A stretch of DNA of 64,000 nucleotides. It comes from Octopus sinensis (lineage: Eukaryota). The DNA is taken from assembly GCF_006345805.1 (NCBI RefSeq), contig NC_043014.1, positions 1 through 64,000 on the forward strand, read 5' to 3'. Position 1 is the first letter of the stretch, and the number at the start of each line of letters is the position of its first letter. The notes beneath the pieces are model-generated. The model was not told the DNA's origin, searched no databases, and saw nothing but the letters and a program-made list of their open reading frames with translations. Shown here in pieces: positions 50,742-64,000 of the stretch. The position numbers and the translations under genes are program-made.

Positions 50742-51894
50742 CACCATTTTGGAATTGGTGTCTCTGATGTAGTAATTGTTTATTTTGGTGAAAGCTATTG
50801 TTTCTAAATCTGTGTCAAGTGTTTCTAACGTGAAAATTGTTGACCTTTTCATCTTCTATATTTTATGGTTTGGTTAGCAACAGTGGTCAGTGGCACAGTT
50901 ACTGGCAGGAAATATTTCTGAAGAGATCCCTCAGGAATGAGATTCACACCCAGCTTTCATCTGATCTTAAAATCAACTTACTACACAATACATACTCATA
51001 TATAAATATCTATATAAACACACACACACATGCACACAAAAAACACAAGATATGTACACACATAATTATAAGAGCAATTTAAGAAGCTGGTTTTGAGAGG
51101 AGCTTACTACAAAGATCTTCAAACCATTTTGGTTTCTGTAAGAAATGAAGAAAAGTTTATTAGAATTTCTTTCTTTTTTTTTTTCCCCCACCCATCTTTT
51201 CAAGCCTGATCACCACCACAAGACAAGCCTGGTCCCTTTTTTTTTTGTTTTGTTTTGACTAAATCCAGGTTTCCTATGAAACAAGATTTTATTAGCTCCC
51301 CAGCTCCCTTCCAAATCACCCCCTCCCCACACAGGAACAAGGTTTCATTGTGAAAATTCAAAGAAAACACAATGAGAAAACAAAAGAAACCAAACATTTT
51401 ATTCTGTAGATCCATAATGGAGAAAGAAGGGAGTGGGGCTTTTTTACACTTTTTTTTGTTTTCTCTTCTTGCTTGTCTTGTCTTTATTGTTGATGAATTT
51501 ACATATATATGTATATATGTATGTATATGTAAATTATATATATATATACACACACACACATGCATGCACACACACATACACACACATACACACGCATACA
51601 CAGATATATACATATATATGTGTGTGTGTATACTGAAACATTCACACCCAGGGACAGATGAATATACATGCGCATATGTGTGTGTATATGGGTTGTAATG
51701 GTGTAAGATTGTTTTCTTCATTCAATGTTAATTAATTAATTTGTAAAATTATCTCTTGTTGATTATCTGAGTGAAACTGTTGACAACTTTCACTTGCTAC
51801 ATGTTAAGATTTTGGTAAAACAACAAACGAGGCCCTGCAAGGAAATTAACAGATCATATTACTAGGATGTGACTTGAGAGATGATATTCAAATG

Positions 51895-52015
51895 AGGATG
51901 ATGGTGATTGTGATGATGGTGATAGTGATGGTGATTGTGATGATGATGATGATGGTGATGGTGATTTTGATGGTGATGATGATGATGATGGTGATGGTGA
52001 TGGTGATGAGGAGGA
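51895..52015. repeat. (GAT/GGT)n trinucleotide tract
   Basis: Read directly; it produces the spurious poly-His ORF on the minus strand. Confidence 0.95.
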
Positions 52016-52122
52016 GGGAGAGGAGGGGGATTAATTATAAATAACACATTTGTAATTGTGCTACCTACAAATATATATACTGGTTAATAAGGAGTGTGTA
52101 AATATATGTGCATATATATATA

Positions 52123-52158
<36 letters not shown>

Positions 52159-52335
52159 CACACACACATATAAATTTAGATAGATAATTGTGTATATACA
52201 CACAACTGTAAATATGTTGTGTTGCTTAAAATAATAATAATAATAATAATTACAACAACCGTAATTATGACAAAAGTGTTAGGAAATCTAAGGCAACGTG
52301 AAAAATCCTTGGGAAATATTATTATATCTAAAACT

Positions 52336-52386
<51 letters not shown>

Positions 52387-52634
52387 TAAACGTTTTGTTG
52401 CGATCCAATATTTTAGATGTGAAATAAGGTAGATTGGATTGAGTTTGAGATCCACATTTTTAGAAAATCGTATTTATTGTGAGTCTTTGAGTAAAGGATA
52501 TTGAGTATTTGAATCAAATTTGAAAGTATATATGTATACACATTATACTCTCTTTTACTGTTATACTAGTTCCAGCTCAAGGGCTGTGGCCATGCTGCAG
52601 CATGCATACATACATATATACATACATACGCACA

Positions 52635-53850
52635 TATATGAGTTGTCCCATTAAATTTATACACACATTGGCTGATTAATAAGTCAGTGTTTACTAAATT
52701 ACATTTTTTCATTTTCACAATTTGATAGAGTCTACAGACAGAATTCAATATGTTTATGGGTGCCTCTTTTCAAACTGATGACTGTTCTAGTCCAGACACT
52801 GTTGATACTGCAAAGCAATAGAATTGCAAAGATCACAAAGTATTTTGTTTGTTATTTGTGTGCATTCTCCTTCGATGGCTGCCCTCAGTTCATTGATTGT
52901 AGCAAGTTTTGTACCATAAACTTTATCATTTAAGTTTCCCCATGGAAAAAAAAGTCTAGTGATGTGAGATCCACTGAATGCCAATGGTATTTTACTGAAC
53001 ATCTTCATCTAATCCACCTCTTTGGCAAAATTTCATCAAGGTAGGCCCTTACATTATTATGGTTATGTGGGGTCCCACATCTTCAAAGTCCTTTTGAATA
53101 CTTGACATGACAGATTGTCACAGCAAGTTCAAGTAAATGAGACCAGTCACAGTACTGTCAAAAAAGGAAGGTTCCAGAAATCTTTTTCATGACGAACCAC
53201 ACCATACTGTAACACCTGGTAATTAACATGATGTTCCTTCAGGAAATGTAAAATTCAGGTCCTGCATAGGTGCAGTTTTGGTGGTTGTCATGTAATTTGA
53301 ATGTAGTTTCATCACTCCAAACAATCTTTGTGGTGAAAGTGTTGTCTTCTACACATCTTGCCAAGAACCATTCACAAAACTCTGCTCTTTGGTTTGGATC
53401 ATCTTCATTGAGAACAGAGACTAACTTTGGGTTGCAATTTTTTCCAATGTCACTGCTTCTTGGTTCTTAAATAATTCTTTTATGAATCACTTTTTGCACA
53501 GATTTTCTTCAACTCTTGCAATACATTTCTGGTACTCTTTCCTGTTTTGTGGGGCTTGTTACTGTTTGAAATTTTTGCAAAACATTTCTTGTGGACATTC
53601 TGAACAGTTCCATCTGCTTTGTTCTGAAATTCCATCTGGAATCCAAGTGATAGTAAGTTGCATAGGTTTCACTAGTTGAAACCATTTGCACTTTGGCTGC
53701 ACTTCCAAATTTCCAGTTACACTTTAGACTAAATTTCCTTTGTTCAAAGCTTAGTTTGGCTTCCTTCGTTATTTCTAATGAGTTAAATCTGAAAAGAAAT
53801 GAAATTTGAGTATTAAAGTGTGTATTCATTTTTGGGGAATTCCACATTAC
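52635..53850 (-). mobile_element. Tc1/mariner relic, probably DD41D (rosa/Visitor-type), both TIRs recognisable
   Basis: EQRKF.LKC.WKF, HNNVRAYLDEILPKRWI and DLTSLDFF..GNLNDKVY...TINELRAAI. ~30-bp imperfect TIRs end in ...atacacac / gtgtgtat. The 41 spacing is inferred from a repaired alignment. Confidence 0.72.
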
Positions 53851-54006
53851 ACACACACACACACATGTATATATAATGTGAATTTGTATATACACATACT
53901 CTTTATCCATCTAGTTTCTTGTTTAAATACTGAAAATATTTACATCCCTTTCTTATATACACTTTCATTCTCTTTCTCTGTTTCTATTTCTCTCTCTCTC
54001 TCTCTT

Positions 54007-54059
<53 letters not shown>

Positions 54060-54918
54060 CTATTTATTTATCTACCTATCTTTTTCTATTCTTTCTCACC
54101 TTTTCTCACCCCCCTCTTTATCTTTTTCCAACCACTTGGCATTGGCCATACTGAAGCACTTCTACCAATGCCAGACTTTACTGCCATTTCCTCTCCCTCC
54201 CCAAACTCATCCAACTATCAATTATTTCTAAAAGAAATTGATTCCACACAACTTATTCCTGCATGACCTCCGTGACATCTTAGGATCCATCTTGCCAATT
54301 GTTCCACACATTCTTGCCATCTTGACCATCTTCAAAACTGTTTGTCTGTCTGTATGTCCCATCCACCCAACCCTTTCCTTCACACCCTGAAACAACTCCC
54401 AACTGTCCTGTTCCTTTATTCTCTTTCAAAAATGAGTTTATAAACACCCCCACCCACCCTTCCATCCCTATCCCCACCCCCCAACGGGGATCTGACATTA
54501 AACAACATCCTACATCTCTTCCCCACACTCATGGCTTCTCACCCTCCCCTCGTCACACCTACTCTAATTACCACACTGATATATGTGTATGTATATAGAT
54601 AGAGGTATTAATGCCCTGCCCTCCACTAATTGTCAGGTTACTAATTTCTCCACAGAATGCAAATAAGTTTCTAATGTTGAACCTCCCCCCCTCCTACCAA
54701 CACCACCACCATCACCCACAGTGCAAGACCATCATCATCATCATCGTTAACACTGACATTAGTTTAATTCCATCAACATCAAGCTGAAACTGCCAAATGA
54801 TTAGCGACTGAGTCAGGGGAGATTATCTATATTTAAAATGAAAAAGAAAGTATTATATTATAAAGATATATTTCCTTCTATTAAAAACATATATCCATAT
54901 CTATATATTATTTCTCTA

Positions 54919-54999
<81 letters not shown>

Positions 55000-55195
55000 A
55001 TATATATATATATATATATGTATATATTTGTGTGATTGCATGACTTCTTGGTCAACAGAATACTGCCTCAATCACCTGCATTTAATCTCCAACTGTTTTT
55101 GTATCACTTGATTTTGGCATGAATATCACAAATTCCCCTATCTTATTAATCCACTCCCACAAACCCGTCTTTGAATTTAAACCCCTTCAAAAAAT

Positions 55196-55204
55196 TATAT
55201 ATAT

Positions 55205-55274
<70 letters not shown>

Positions 55275-55307
55275 GTATGTATGTATGTATATTTATATAT
55301 ATGTGTA

Positions 55308-55359
<52 letters not shown>

Positions 55360-55514
55360 ATATGTATGTATATATGTATATATATATGTATATATGTATA
55401 TATATATGTATATATGTATATATATATATATTTATATATATATATATATATATGTGTATATATATATGTATATATATATGTATATATATATATATGTGTA
55501 TATATATATGTGTA

Positions 55515-55546
<32 letters not shown>

Positions 55547-55652
55547 GTATATATATGTTATATATATATATGTATATATATATATATGTATATATATATG
55601 TATATATATATATATATATGTGTATATATATATGTATGTGTATATATATATG

Positions 55653-55685
<33 letters not shown>

Positions 55686-55742
55686 GTGTATATATATATG
55701 TATATATATGTATGTATGTATATATATGTATGTGTGTATATG

Positions 55743-55775
<33 letters not shown>

Positions 55776-55806
55776 GTATGTATGTATATATGTATATATG
55801 TGTGTG

Positions 55807-55887
<81 letters not shown>
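55196..55887. repeat. ~700-bp (TA)n/(TATATG)n compound microsatellite
   Basis: Read directly from the sequence; it is the source of the long YI-repeat ORFs. Confidence 0.98.
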
Positions 55888-55893
<6 letters not shown>

Positions 55894-56196
55894 AAAAGAG
55901 GTGACAAAGGAATAAATGATTGTATTATGAATTTCATTAGCTTACAGCTGTTTCCACCTCTGCTCTGATGAAGTTGAAAGGTGTTATTGAAAGGTTCTCA
56001 AATATAATAAGTCCACTGCATTAAATTACGGAAGCAGCTGGAAGCTAATGATGTTCATAAGATTAATTACTTATTGCCTTTGTCTTCTTTTTACCACTCT
56101 GCATTCAACTAATGCTTCATTCAGAAGCTGACATATGTTGACTCTACACAAGGTTATTAGTATTGCAATGCCTAAGTGAAATGTGCGTGTATGTGC

Positions 56197-56275
<79 letters not shown>

Positions 56276-57200
56276 ATGTGTACTGTAGCCTCAGCAGGAA
56301 TAAAACTCCTTTTCTGCCATTCCCAGTTGCCAGCCAAACCTTTTCCCAACTAATCTGCTGTGGCATTGGAGTAAGATTATGCTGTGTTTCAGACAGCAGG
56401 TAGACACTGATTCCCCTTCTTTCATGATTGCCTGCATTCTTAGTAGAACTTTCGTGATAAAAAATGGCTTTTAAAAGAATGATAAGAAAACAATATTTGC
56501 AATATAAATATCCCCAGAATCTTGCCCATGTTGAATGGAGGAAATTGTTTCATCTGTTTTTATGGAGGAACCGAAAGAGAATGAGACAAAGGCAGGAAAA
56601 TGGTAACAGAATCAGGAGCAGGGTGAAGTAAGCAAAACTGATTGAGTGGTCAGCTAGATGGTCATGGTTGGGCCAAAGATGAGGATGGGGAAGAGCAGGA
56701 CATCAGTCAGAGGGAAAAACTAGTGGAAACTAGTTTATTACTGATCTCAGGGAAACTGATATGGCTGTGTGAGAATCTGGTTGAAACTGGTGCCAATTCA
56801 GAGACAGATTCACATGGCTTCTCACAGCATTTGATGTGAAGAAAAACAGCATTTGTTTTCATTAATAACCTAAGTGTCTTCCACCTGAAGAGGACAAAGA
56901 AACCTGTCCTATTGGAAAAAGAGATGTTGAATGAAACACAATGGTCAATGGTTGGGCAGACAATGTGGAGGATGATAAACATAATACTGACTGAAAGAAG
57001 CGAAGGGGTTGTCTTTTGTACAGTTGCTGCCATTCTTTCTGCAATTTCTAATATAATTCTCTGTTTCCTGAGGCTTTACTGTCATCTCTATTACAAACCC
57101 ACCCACCCCCCTCTAGCAACTGCTTTCCTTTCACTTTGTTCACACACACATATATACAAACATACGTACATATTTATATAAATCTCTCTATATATATGTG

Positions 57201-57520
57201 TATCAACTATTTTAAACAATAAGGATTATTACAAAGTGGCACAGCATTACCTTTTAATATATATTTACAGCTTTACACAGACCTACACGTGTTTCAACTG
57301 CACCAATTAGTAACTGTTGCAATTGTCAGCCTACCATAAAAAACAAAAAAACTGGTGCAGTTTCTTCAGGGTCTTTATTTAACATCCTTCAATTTGATTG
57401 TTTAAAGTTTTTCATTTATCTACTCTGTATTGGTCTATGTAAAGCTGTATATATATATCAAAAGAATTAAAGGTAACGCTATGCAACTTCATAACAATCC
57501 TTATTATCATATTGTTGATA
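57201..57520. repeat. Inverted repeat (~85-bp imperfect arms, 57201-57283 and 57432-57520) enclosing the hammerhead
   Basis: tatcaac...aataaggattattac...gcattaccttttaat...tacagctttacacagacc versus ggtctatgtaaagctgta...attaaaggtaacgc...taacaatccttatt...gttgata. Confidence 0.85.
57279..57374 (-). ncRNA. Type I hammerhead ribozyme (structurally complete)
   Basis: Minus strand: AGACC-CUGAAGA-A-AACUGCACCA-[46-nt loop]-UGGUGCAGUU-GAAA-CACGUG-UA-GGUCU. Stem I is 5/5 bp, stem II 10/10 bp, and stem III is the palindrome ACACGUGU. Predicted cleavage is after GUA (57284). Confidence 0.85.
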
Positions 57521-59017
57521 TCCAAGCAACCTATATGGTTATGGTAATATATTCAGAATTATCCGATGGAATATATCTCTAAATTCTTTTCTTATAAGAA
57601 TATTATTGGATTTATATATTAACTGATGAATAACCTATTTTGAATACCTGAGAGTGAGCCAATAATCGTTTGGGGATAATCCCTTACTATTTACAAATAG
57701 ATTGATTGTTAGATAGATACATACATATATACTTGTATGACAGTGCATATATATGTGTGTATGTCTTACTCTTGCTAATTAAATGTTGTATATCAAGTCT
57801 TTAAATATTCTTGTTATGTGAGAAACCACAGATCAAATAATCAGATAGGATTCTTTCAGTGGTGGTGGTGGTGGGGAGATATTCACACAAGTTTTGTTCT
57901 TGTTTATATCTAAGTTAGCTTTGCTGTAGCAAACAAATTATCAAGCGTTCCATCTGTAACAATTCTAACTCTTATCCAGGCATAGCGTATCTAGGACTAT
58001 GTCATTTTATGTATCAGTCTTACTTTCTTAAGAAAGATGTATGTGATTTAGGGAAGAATTGGCCATTATTCCTTGTGGATCATCAATTGGTTTAGTTCCT
58101 ATGGTTACAGTTATCGACTGACCATTCCTTCATTTGTCCATTGGTTCCCCCATTACAAAACCATTTTAAACTTGTTCTTCATCATTTTTCTTTTCCTTGT
58201 TTAGCTTTTACCTTCAAACATCTGCTCTTGGGCTTAGTCTGTAATTTAGTAAAATTTTTATTTCTTTTTATATTATTATTATTATGTAATGAAAACTCAC
58301 AGCTTGTTTTGCTGGGTATGATGGAAAGTGTCAGCTGTCCACAGCCAACAGACTAAGGTGACACTTGTTTACTGGTCATGCTTCAAGAACCCTGCAAAGA
58401 AATCTTGCAGTTCCAAGCAATGCTGATTTTTGTAGGTGTTCCACCTTCACACTTGCAGCACCAATCTCTTTCACCCCATGTTGGTAGTTGAGTGCTGATA
58501 CTTCCAACGACACCAATTACTGTTGGTATCACGTCTACTCTCTTCATTGGCCACAACTTTCGTACTTCCCACTTTAAATCATCATAGTCGTTTATTTTTC
58601 CATCTGCTTTTTATTATTATTATTATTATTATTTACACAGTAATTTCACTGAACAGAAGAACAAAACAAAGAGTCCCCTTAGTCCACAGCCAGTGTGAGC
58701 TTAGTACATATAGTTCCCAAAGTACTACAACGACAGGTATAACACTTGCCGCCTTCAAAGATCACAGTCTTTATTTCCCACTTCAAATAATCTCACCTAC
58801 TTCTCTTCTTATTCTTCTTCTTCTTCTTTTTATCATACTCTCTCGTCGCCAGGGCAGTTGAATAAAATACTTAACAGTATTTCTTCTGATTTTTTACATT
58901 CTGACTTAAAATGCCACCAAGGTTGACTTTGCCCCTTATCCTTTCGAGGTTGATAATGTATCCTTTCAAGGACTGAGTTGATCTAATCGATTTGTCCCTC
59001 CCTTAAAATTGATGGCC

Positions 59018-59057
<40 letters not shown>

Positions 59058-61029
59058 GTTGTTGTTAAGGAGGCAAACTTGCAGAATTGTTTGAGTGTCA
59101 GAAAAAATGCTTTGTTGTGTTTCTTCTAACTCATCCCATTTTGAGTTCAGCCACACAGAATCCGTAAGGTTCACCTAAATTTAGGAGGTTGTTGTTTTCT
59201 TTCTAACAAAAACATCAAGAAATATTAATAAGGCTCACCAAACAGATCAAATGGTTGGGGCTGATGAAAATTCATAGATAAAAGTGCAAAATCTAAGACT
59301 CTTAACAACCGCCATGTTCTTTTGTTTAGTGAAAACTGGAAGTGAAATTAATTTCAAAGTAAAACTTACTGAGTTTCTTTTCTCTCCACCGAAGCTTTGA
59401 TGGATGGAGTTCACGATCAAGAGGGAAACCCACTGAAATTACGTCGTGGTGTTCATCAGCAGACTTTTAACCCTGTCCCAGACATGACAAAACAGTCTTT
59501 GTGGAAGGGGAACTGTAAGAGTCCCTTCCCTTACGATAGGGGGGATAACTCAGATGTCTTAACAATTATTTACTGTTTTCTGATTTTAATATTTTTCGAT
59601 CCCACAGCTTAAGTATGTGTGTGTATTTATTTCTACCTATTGTCATACTTCTCCATCAAGCTATATACCTGTTCTCTCATATATTCTGTGATATAATTGT
59701 TTCGTTATCTTTTTTTGTGTCTGTGGTTTTACAATATTTTTGGCAATGTTTTTGAAGTTGTATGGCGCACCAACACATCTATTTTCTACTCTATTCTTAT
59801 TTCATCCATTTTGAGATCATAAACTGCTTTGAATAATATAAATACTTATGCAGGTGGATATATTTATGTGTGTATGAATATTCTTTTGCTTTTGTATCTG
59901 ATATTAGTTGATTGTTGTCGACAAAAGAAGAAATTTCAGTATTTATGACAGAGGACAGCCTGTCCTTCAAAATATAGATTTATAAAATACTTTAACAGGA
60001 AATTTGTCAATATTCACTGATCACTAAATATTATTGATTTCCCAAAAATCTCAAATCCAACAATTATATCCTAACATCTTCTCACCTTTTCACTTGCTCT
60101 CCCTCACCTCCTCATACAATTCTAATGTACATGTGTCATGTCGTACGTAACTATACACCATTTCATAGTCTTTAATTACACTCTGTTGTCTTAACAAAGA
60201 ATCTTAATTTACAGAAGTTAATGCTTGGAGCAGTTTCTCATTTAGGGTCTACTCGTGAAGCTTCGTCTGTTGCTGCTTTGAGTTTTAATTTTTTTCCAAG
60301 TTCTTTAAAGCCATGAAGAACACCTTTGACAATTTGCCTTGCAAGAAAGTAAAGACCCAGATTCTAAGAAATGATGACATTTTATACATACATGTGTGTG
60401 TGTGTGTGTGTGTCTGTGTGTGTGTGTATGAGGAGAGAGGTGTCTTAATATACATGATGGTGTTTATTTTAAACCCAGTTTGAAATACATCTTTTCTTAT
60501 AATCCTGATATTCACCTTTTTCTAACTTTATCTTTTATACTCCATTCCATTTTCTTTTCTTTAAAAAAAGAGCAACAATCTTTCAACATTTTAGGTGCCA
60601 ACTTGGTCATTTCTGTTCTGATGGAGATTGTTTCTGTTTGTGTTCCCTGCCCCAGTGTCCTGGCTATCTCTATTTCCTGATCTTTATATTTGGGTAGATT
60701 TTGTGTGTTTTCATTCTCTTGTTCTTTTAGAGAGAAATATATTGGTGCCAGAAACTGCTGAAAATCTTTTAGGTGACGTTTAGTCATTTGATGGTGTATG
60801 TAAAGCCATACATGTTTGTGTAGAGGAAGACATGAGATGACATATGTGAATAGAGAGGCTGCAAGTGAATATGTGTGATGGTATATATGCATACATGACA
60901 CTGTGTGTCTAATTCATAAGACACTTAATGATAGTAAGATTTATCTTATTATATTCTAAAATATTGCATTCTCATTTAAAGAGAAATAGTTTCATTGCTG
61001 ATTTTTATTATTATTATTATTATTATCGC

Positions 61030-61290
61030 CAGGCCTAACTCATCGTAAAGTCAATACCACCATGACTGATATCCAATCTACAGTGGAGAAGGCCAGCGAC
61101 TGGATTTGGTTAAAAAGAGACGATGAGCGATGGCTAGAGTATATTGAGTTCTTCATAACCAGCTGATCTACAGCAATCGGGCCTCATATCAGTGAGGGGG
61201 GCCGGTGCGCATTGATCCATCGAGAGGTAGGCCCCGAAACGGCGCGCATTCTCTCCTGATGACCCCATACACTTGCTGGCTTCCGATATA
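61030..61290 (+). mobile_element. Hero-like RLE non-LTR retrotransposon 3' end
   Basis: GLTHRKVNTTMTDIQSTVEKASDWIWLKR matches the recalled Hero C-terminal motif (E.AS.W.W.KR). It is followed by a GC-rich structured 3' UTR. Confidence 0.6.
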
Positions 61291-63723
61291 CGGAGCTTTT
61301 TAACTGTAGCACTTGCATGTGCAAGTTGTTTGCAAGACATTTGCCAGAATTGTGAAAATGCTGGAGAAAGTGCCCTGTGCAATCTGTTCCAGCTCTTTAC
61401 ATTCTGAGTTCAAATTGTACTCAAGTACTGGGATTGAGTGTATCAACTAGCCTCCACTCCCTTTAAAAGTACTGACCTTCTTTCTAACTTTGAAGCCATT
61501 ATTATTATAATTATTATTATTATTATGTAGTTATTTTTTTTAGGCAGGTTAATGTGAGAATATGCTACATAATGGGCAAACTACCTTGCAGTTTTAAGTT
61601 ACATGTTCTGTGTTTCAAATCCTGTTTGGTGTCAGCTTTGACTTTCACTCTTCCAAAAGCAGTAAAATAAAATACTAGTCAGGTTCTGGGATTGATTTAC
61701 CTGGCTGCTCCTTCCTTTATTAAAGTACATGGTTTTGTGTCTATATTAATATCAGGATGGTGGATTGGAAGAATCAATTCAATGTTGGAATATCTTGCAG
61801 TGATTTCATTTCTTTATATTCTCTAACTCAACGACAATCCCTGTCTTTTGTTCATTCTCTTCAATAGCCATTTGTTATATTATTTCCAGTGGAATCGGAA
61901 AGAGCTTCTATGGATTCATCTGACGTACTAGAAATCTCCCTAAAGTCACCTCTTACTACCTCAGAGCCAAATCTATGATGAAGTAGAATGAGGATTGAGG
62001 TGTCGTGGATGCACACTTCCTGCAAGGGGAACCAAAATTATTCTACAGTTATGGCTTGAAAACCCATCATCATAAATTAGCTGGATTATTTTTGCATGAC
62101 TTTGAACTTTTTAAAATTTTGGATTATTTCCTTGATTTTTCAATTTTCCATTGCAGAGAAATGGTAAATCAATATATATTTCATTGCTATAGGCATAAAG
62201 TGAAGTGGTGGGCAGGTATTAAATTACATACCTGCTTTATATTGGAGAGAAAATATTAAAAAAATATTTATTATTCCCAGATGATTTCATCTCATATCCT
62301 TCTGGGTTCTATAAAATGCTAAATGACTGGTGCAGCATGCTCGACTATACCCTTTCCCATAATATAGAGTATTGTATCTATCTTAGATTATTATTATTAT
62401 TATAATTGAAGGTGGTGAACTGTCAGATTCATTGGGTGAAATGCTTGGCAGCATTTCATGTCTTTATGTTCCCTTTTCCCTTTCATCTTTCCAGGGTTGA
62501 TAAAATAAGGACCAGTTGAGTTCAGGGATCAACAGAATCGATTTACCCACCTCCCCCACACGTGCTGGCCTTGTGCCAAAATTTGAAACCATTATTATCG
62601 TTCAACATTTTGTAGTTTCAAGCAAATTTCTACAGCAGCTTTGTGTGTTTATTTTTTGCTATTGGCAGATAAACGCTTCCTGCTGTTTTATTGCATCAGT
62701 TTCTTTTCTTATGGGGTCTCCTTGCAGTCTTTTGTTGTATTAGTATTTGTATTGTGTGCTGTGTATGTAATGCAAGTTGTGTTCTTCTGTTGGTTATGTG
62801 GCCTGTTTATGGATGTTTATTTTATTGGATATTTGCTCTATAGAGTGTGTCTTGTGTTTGGGTTTTCTTATTGAATTGATAGTGTCTTGCATAGGATTGT
62901 TATTATTATTATTATTATTATGTGGTGAGCTGGCAGAACCATTTCCAGGCTGGAGGAAATGCTCAGCAATATTTCGCCCATTGCTATGTTCTGAGTTCAA
63001 ATTCTGCCAAGGTCGAGTTTAGCTTTTATCCTTTAGGTGTCGATAAAGAAACACTGGGGTCGATGTAATTCACTACTCCCCTCCCCCAATTTCAGGCCTT
63101 CTGCTTTTAGTAGAAAGGATTATTATTATTATTATTATTAAGGCAATAATAGGCAGAATAATTAGTGTCAGACAAATTTTTTGCCATGTTTGTGCTGCCT
63201 CTTTATATTCAGGGTTGAAATCCTGTTGGAGTTAACATTGCCTTTCATTCTTTTGGGGTCGATAACACAAGTACCAGTCAAGCACAGGGGTTAATGTAAT
63301 AGGCTTTGTACTTATAGACAAAACATATTATTATTATTATTATTGTTAGAGACAGGAAGCAACGGTAAACTTGAATCACCTTTGTAAACAGATTCCTATC
63401 TGGAACGACTCCCACATCTGTAAATAACCATAAAAACAAGGGATGAGAGTCACAACTTCTATTTCCTTATCTTGAAATGACGTGTATTTAAGAAAGTCAA
63501 AAGATACTCCCATCTCCCTGACACTGTAAATTATTATTATTATTATTATCATTATTATTATTGTTGTTGTTGTTATTATTATTATCACCATCATCATTGC
63601 TATTATTATTTGCAATTTACTTGAATAATTCTTGTTTAAAACAGTTTTGGAAACAAACTTTTTTTCTTTTCTTGATCTGAAGTCTTTTTTTTCAAAATTT
63701 GCGAAATTTTTTCACAGAAAATC

Positions 63724-63759
<36 letters not shown>

Positions 63760-64000
63760 GTACATACATAAATACACACACATGTACATATGTACATGTG
63801 TGTGTGTGTATAAAAGCCATAAAACTTTTGGGCCATTAATGGTATCATGTTTGGCAACATTCATCATCAAGGAATAAAGATTCAAATTATTAAAATATGT
63901 TGTCAAAACTTAACAAAAGGGAAGAAAAAGAACTTGCAAACAAAGTTGCTGCCATGGTTATTTGAGACTTGCAGAGTATTTTACGAATCATCTCAAAGAA

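Noticed and set aside
51862-52047. Poly-His ORF
   Set aside because: Reverse complement of a (GAT/GGT)n microsatellite.
55119-55968. Long ORFs of 114-256 aa (YIYI repeats)
   Set aside because: They are translations of a TA microsatellite that lacks stops. The same applies to the many CV/YI/SL/HT-repeat ORFs throughout the track.
56420-57100. Purine-rich unique-looking segment with several short ORFs
   Set aside because: No recognisable domain, splice pattern or repeat ends.
59400-59470. Minus-strand ctgatgaa with a possible stem
   Set aside because: There is no GAAA/UH or stem I in the right register; likewise for ctgatgaa at ~57622.
1-64000. CRISPR arrays, rRNA, bona fide tRNA genes, prokaryotic operons
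   Set aside because: None seen. The tRNA-like sequences are SINE heads, and the tandem repeats lack a repeat-unique spacer structure.

Overview
AT-rich, microsatellite- and transposon-saturated animal genomic DNA. The repeat families (RTE LINE tails ending in (GAT)n, two tRNA-headed SINE families) and a C2H2 zinc-finger gene point to an Octopus genome; this is inference from recalled repeat families, not a database result. One host gene is well supported: a + strand spliced gene with coding exons 44883-45370, 47387-47537 and 48727-50741, all GT-AG and frame-consistent. It encodes TWO BTB/POZ domains, a Ser-rich linker and eight zinc fingers; its ATG-bearing exon was not identified. Most of the rest is a TE museum: RTE LINEs (one with an inverted 5' end), R4/Dong-like and Hero-like RLE retrotransposons, Tx1/L1-like 3' ends, a Penelope-like element (RT + GIY-YIG), a Helitron with a PIF1 helicase remnant, mariner, DD37D and DD41D Tc1/mariner relics, and hAT and piggyBac MITEs with intact TSDs. 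The most striking non-coding signals are a structurally complete type I hammerhead ribozyme on the minus strand (57279-57374) inside an inverted repeat, several decayed hammerhead relics, a perfect 88-bp inverted repeat (19436-20024), and a cryptic ~30-bp intronic minisatellite. Most ORFs in the supplied track are microsatellite artefacts. Coordinates of decayed repeats are approximate.
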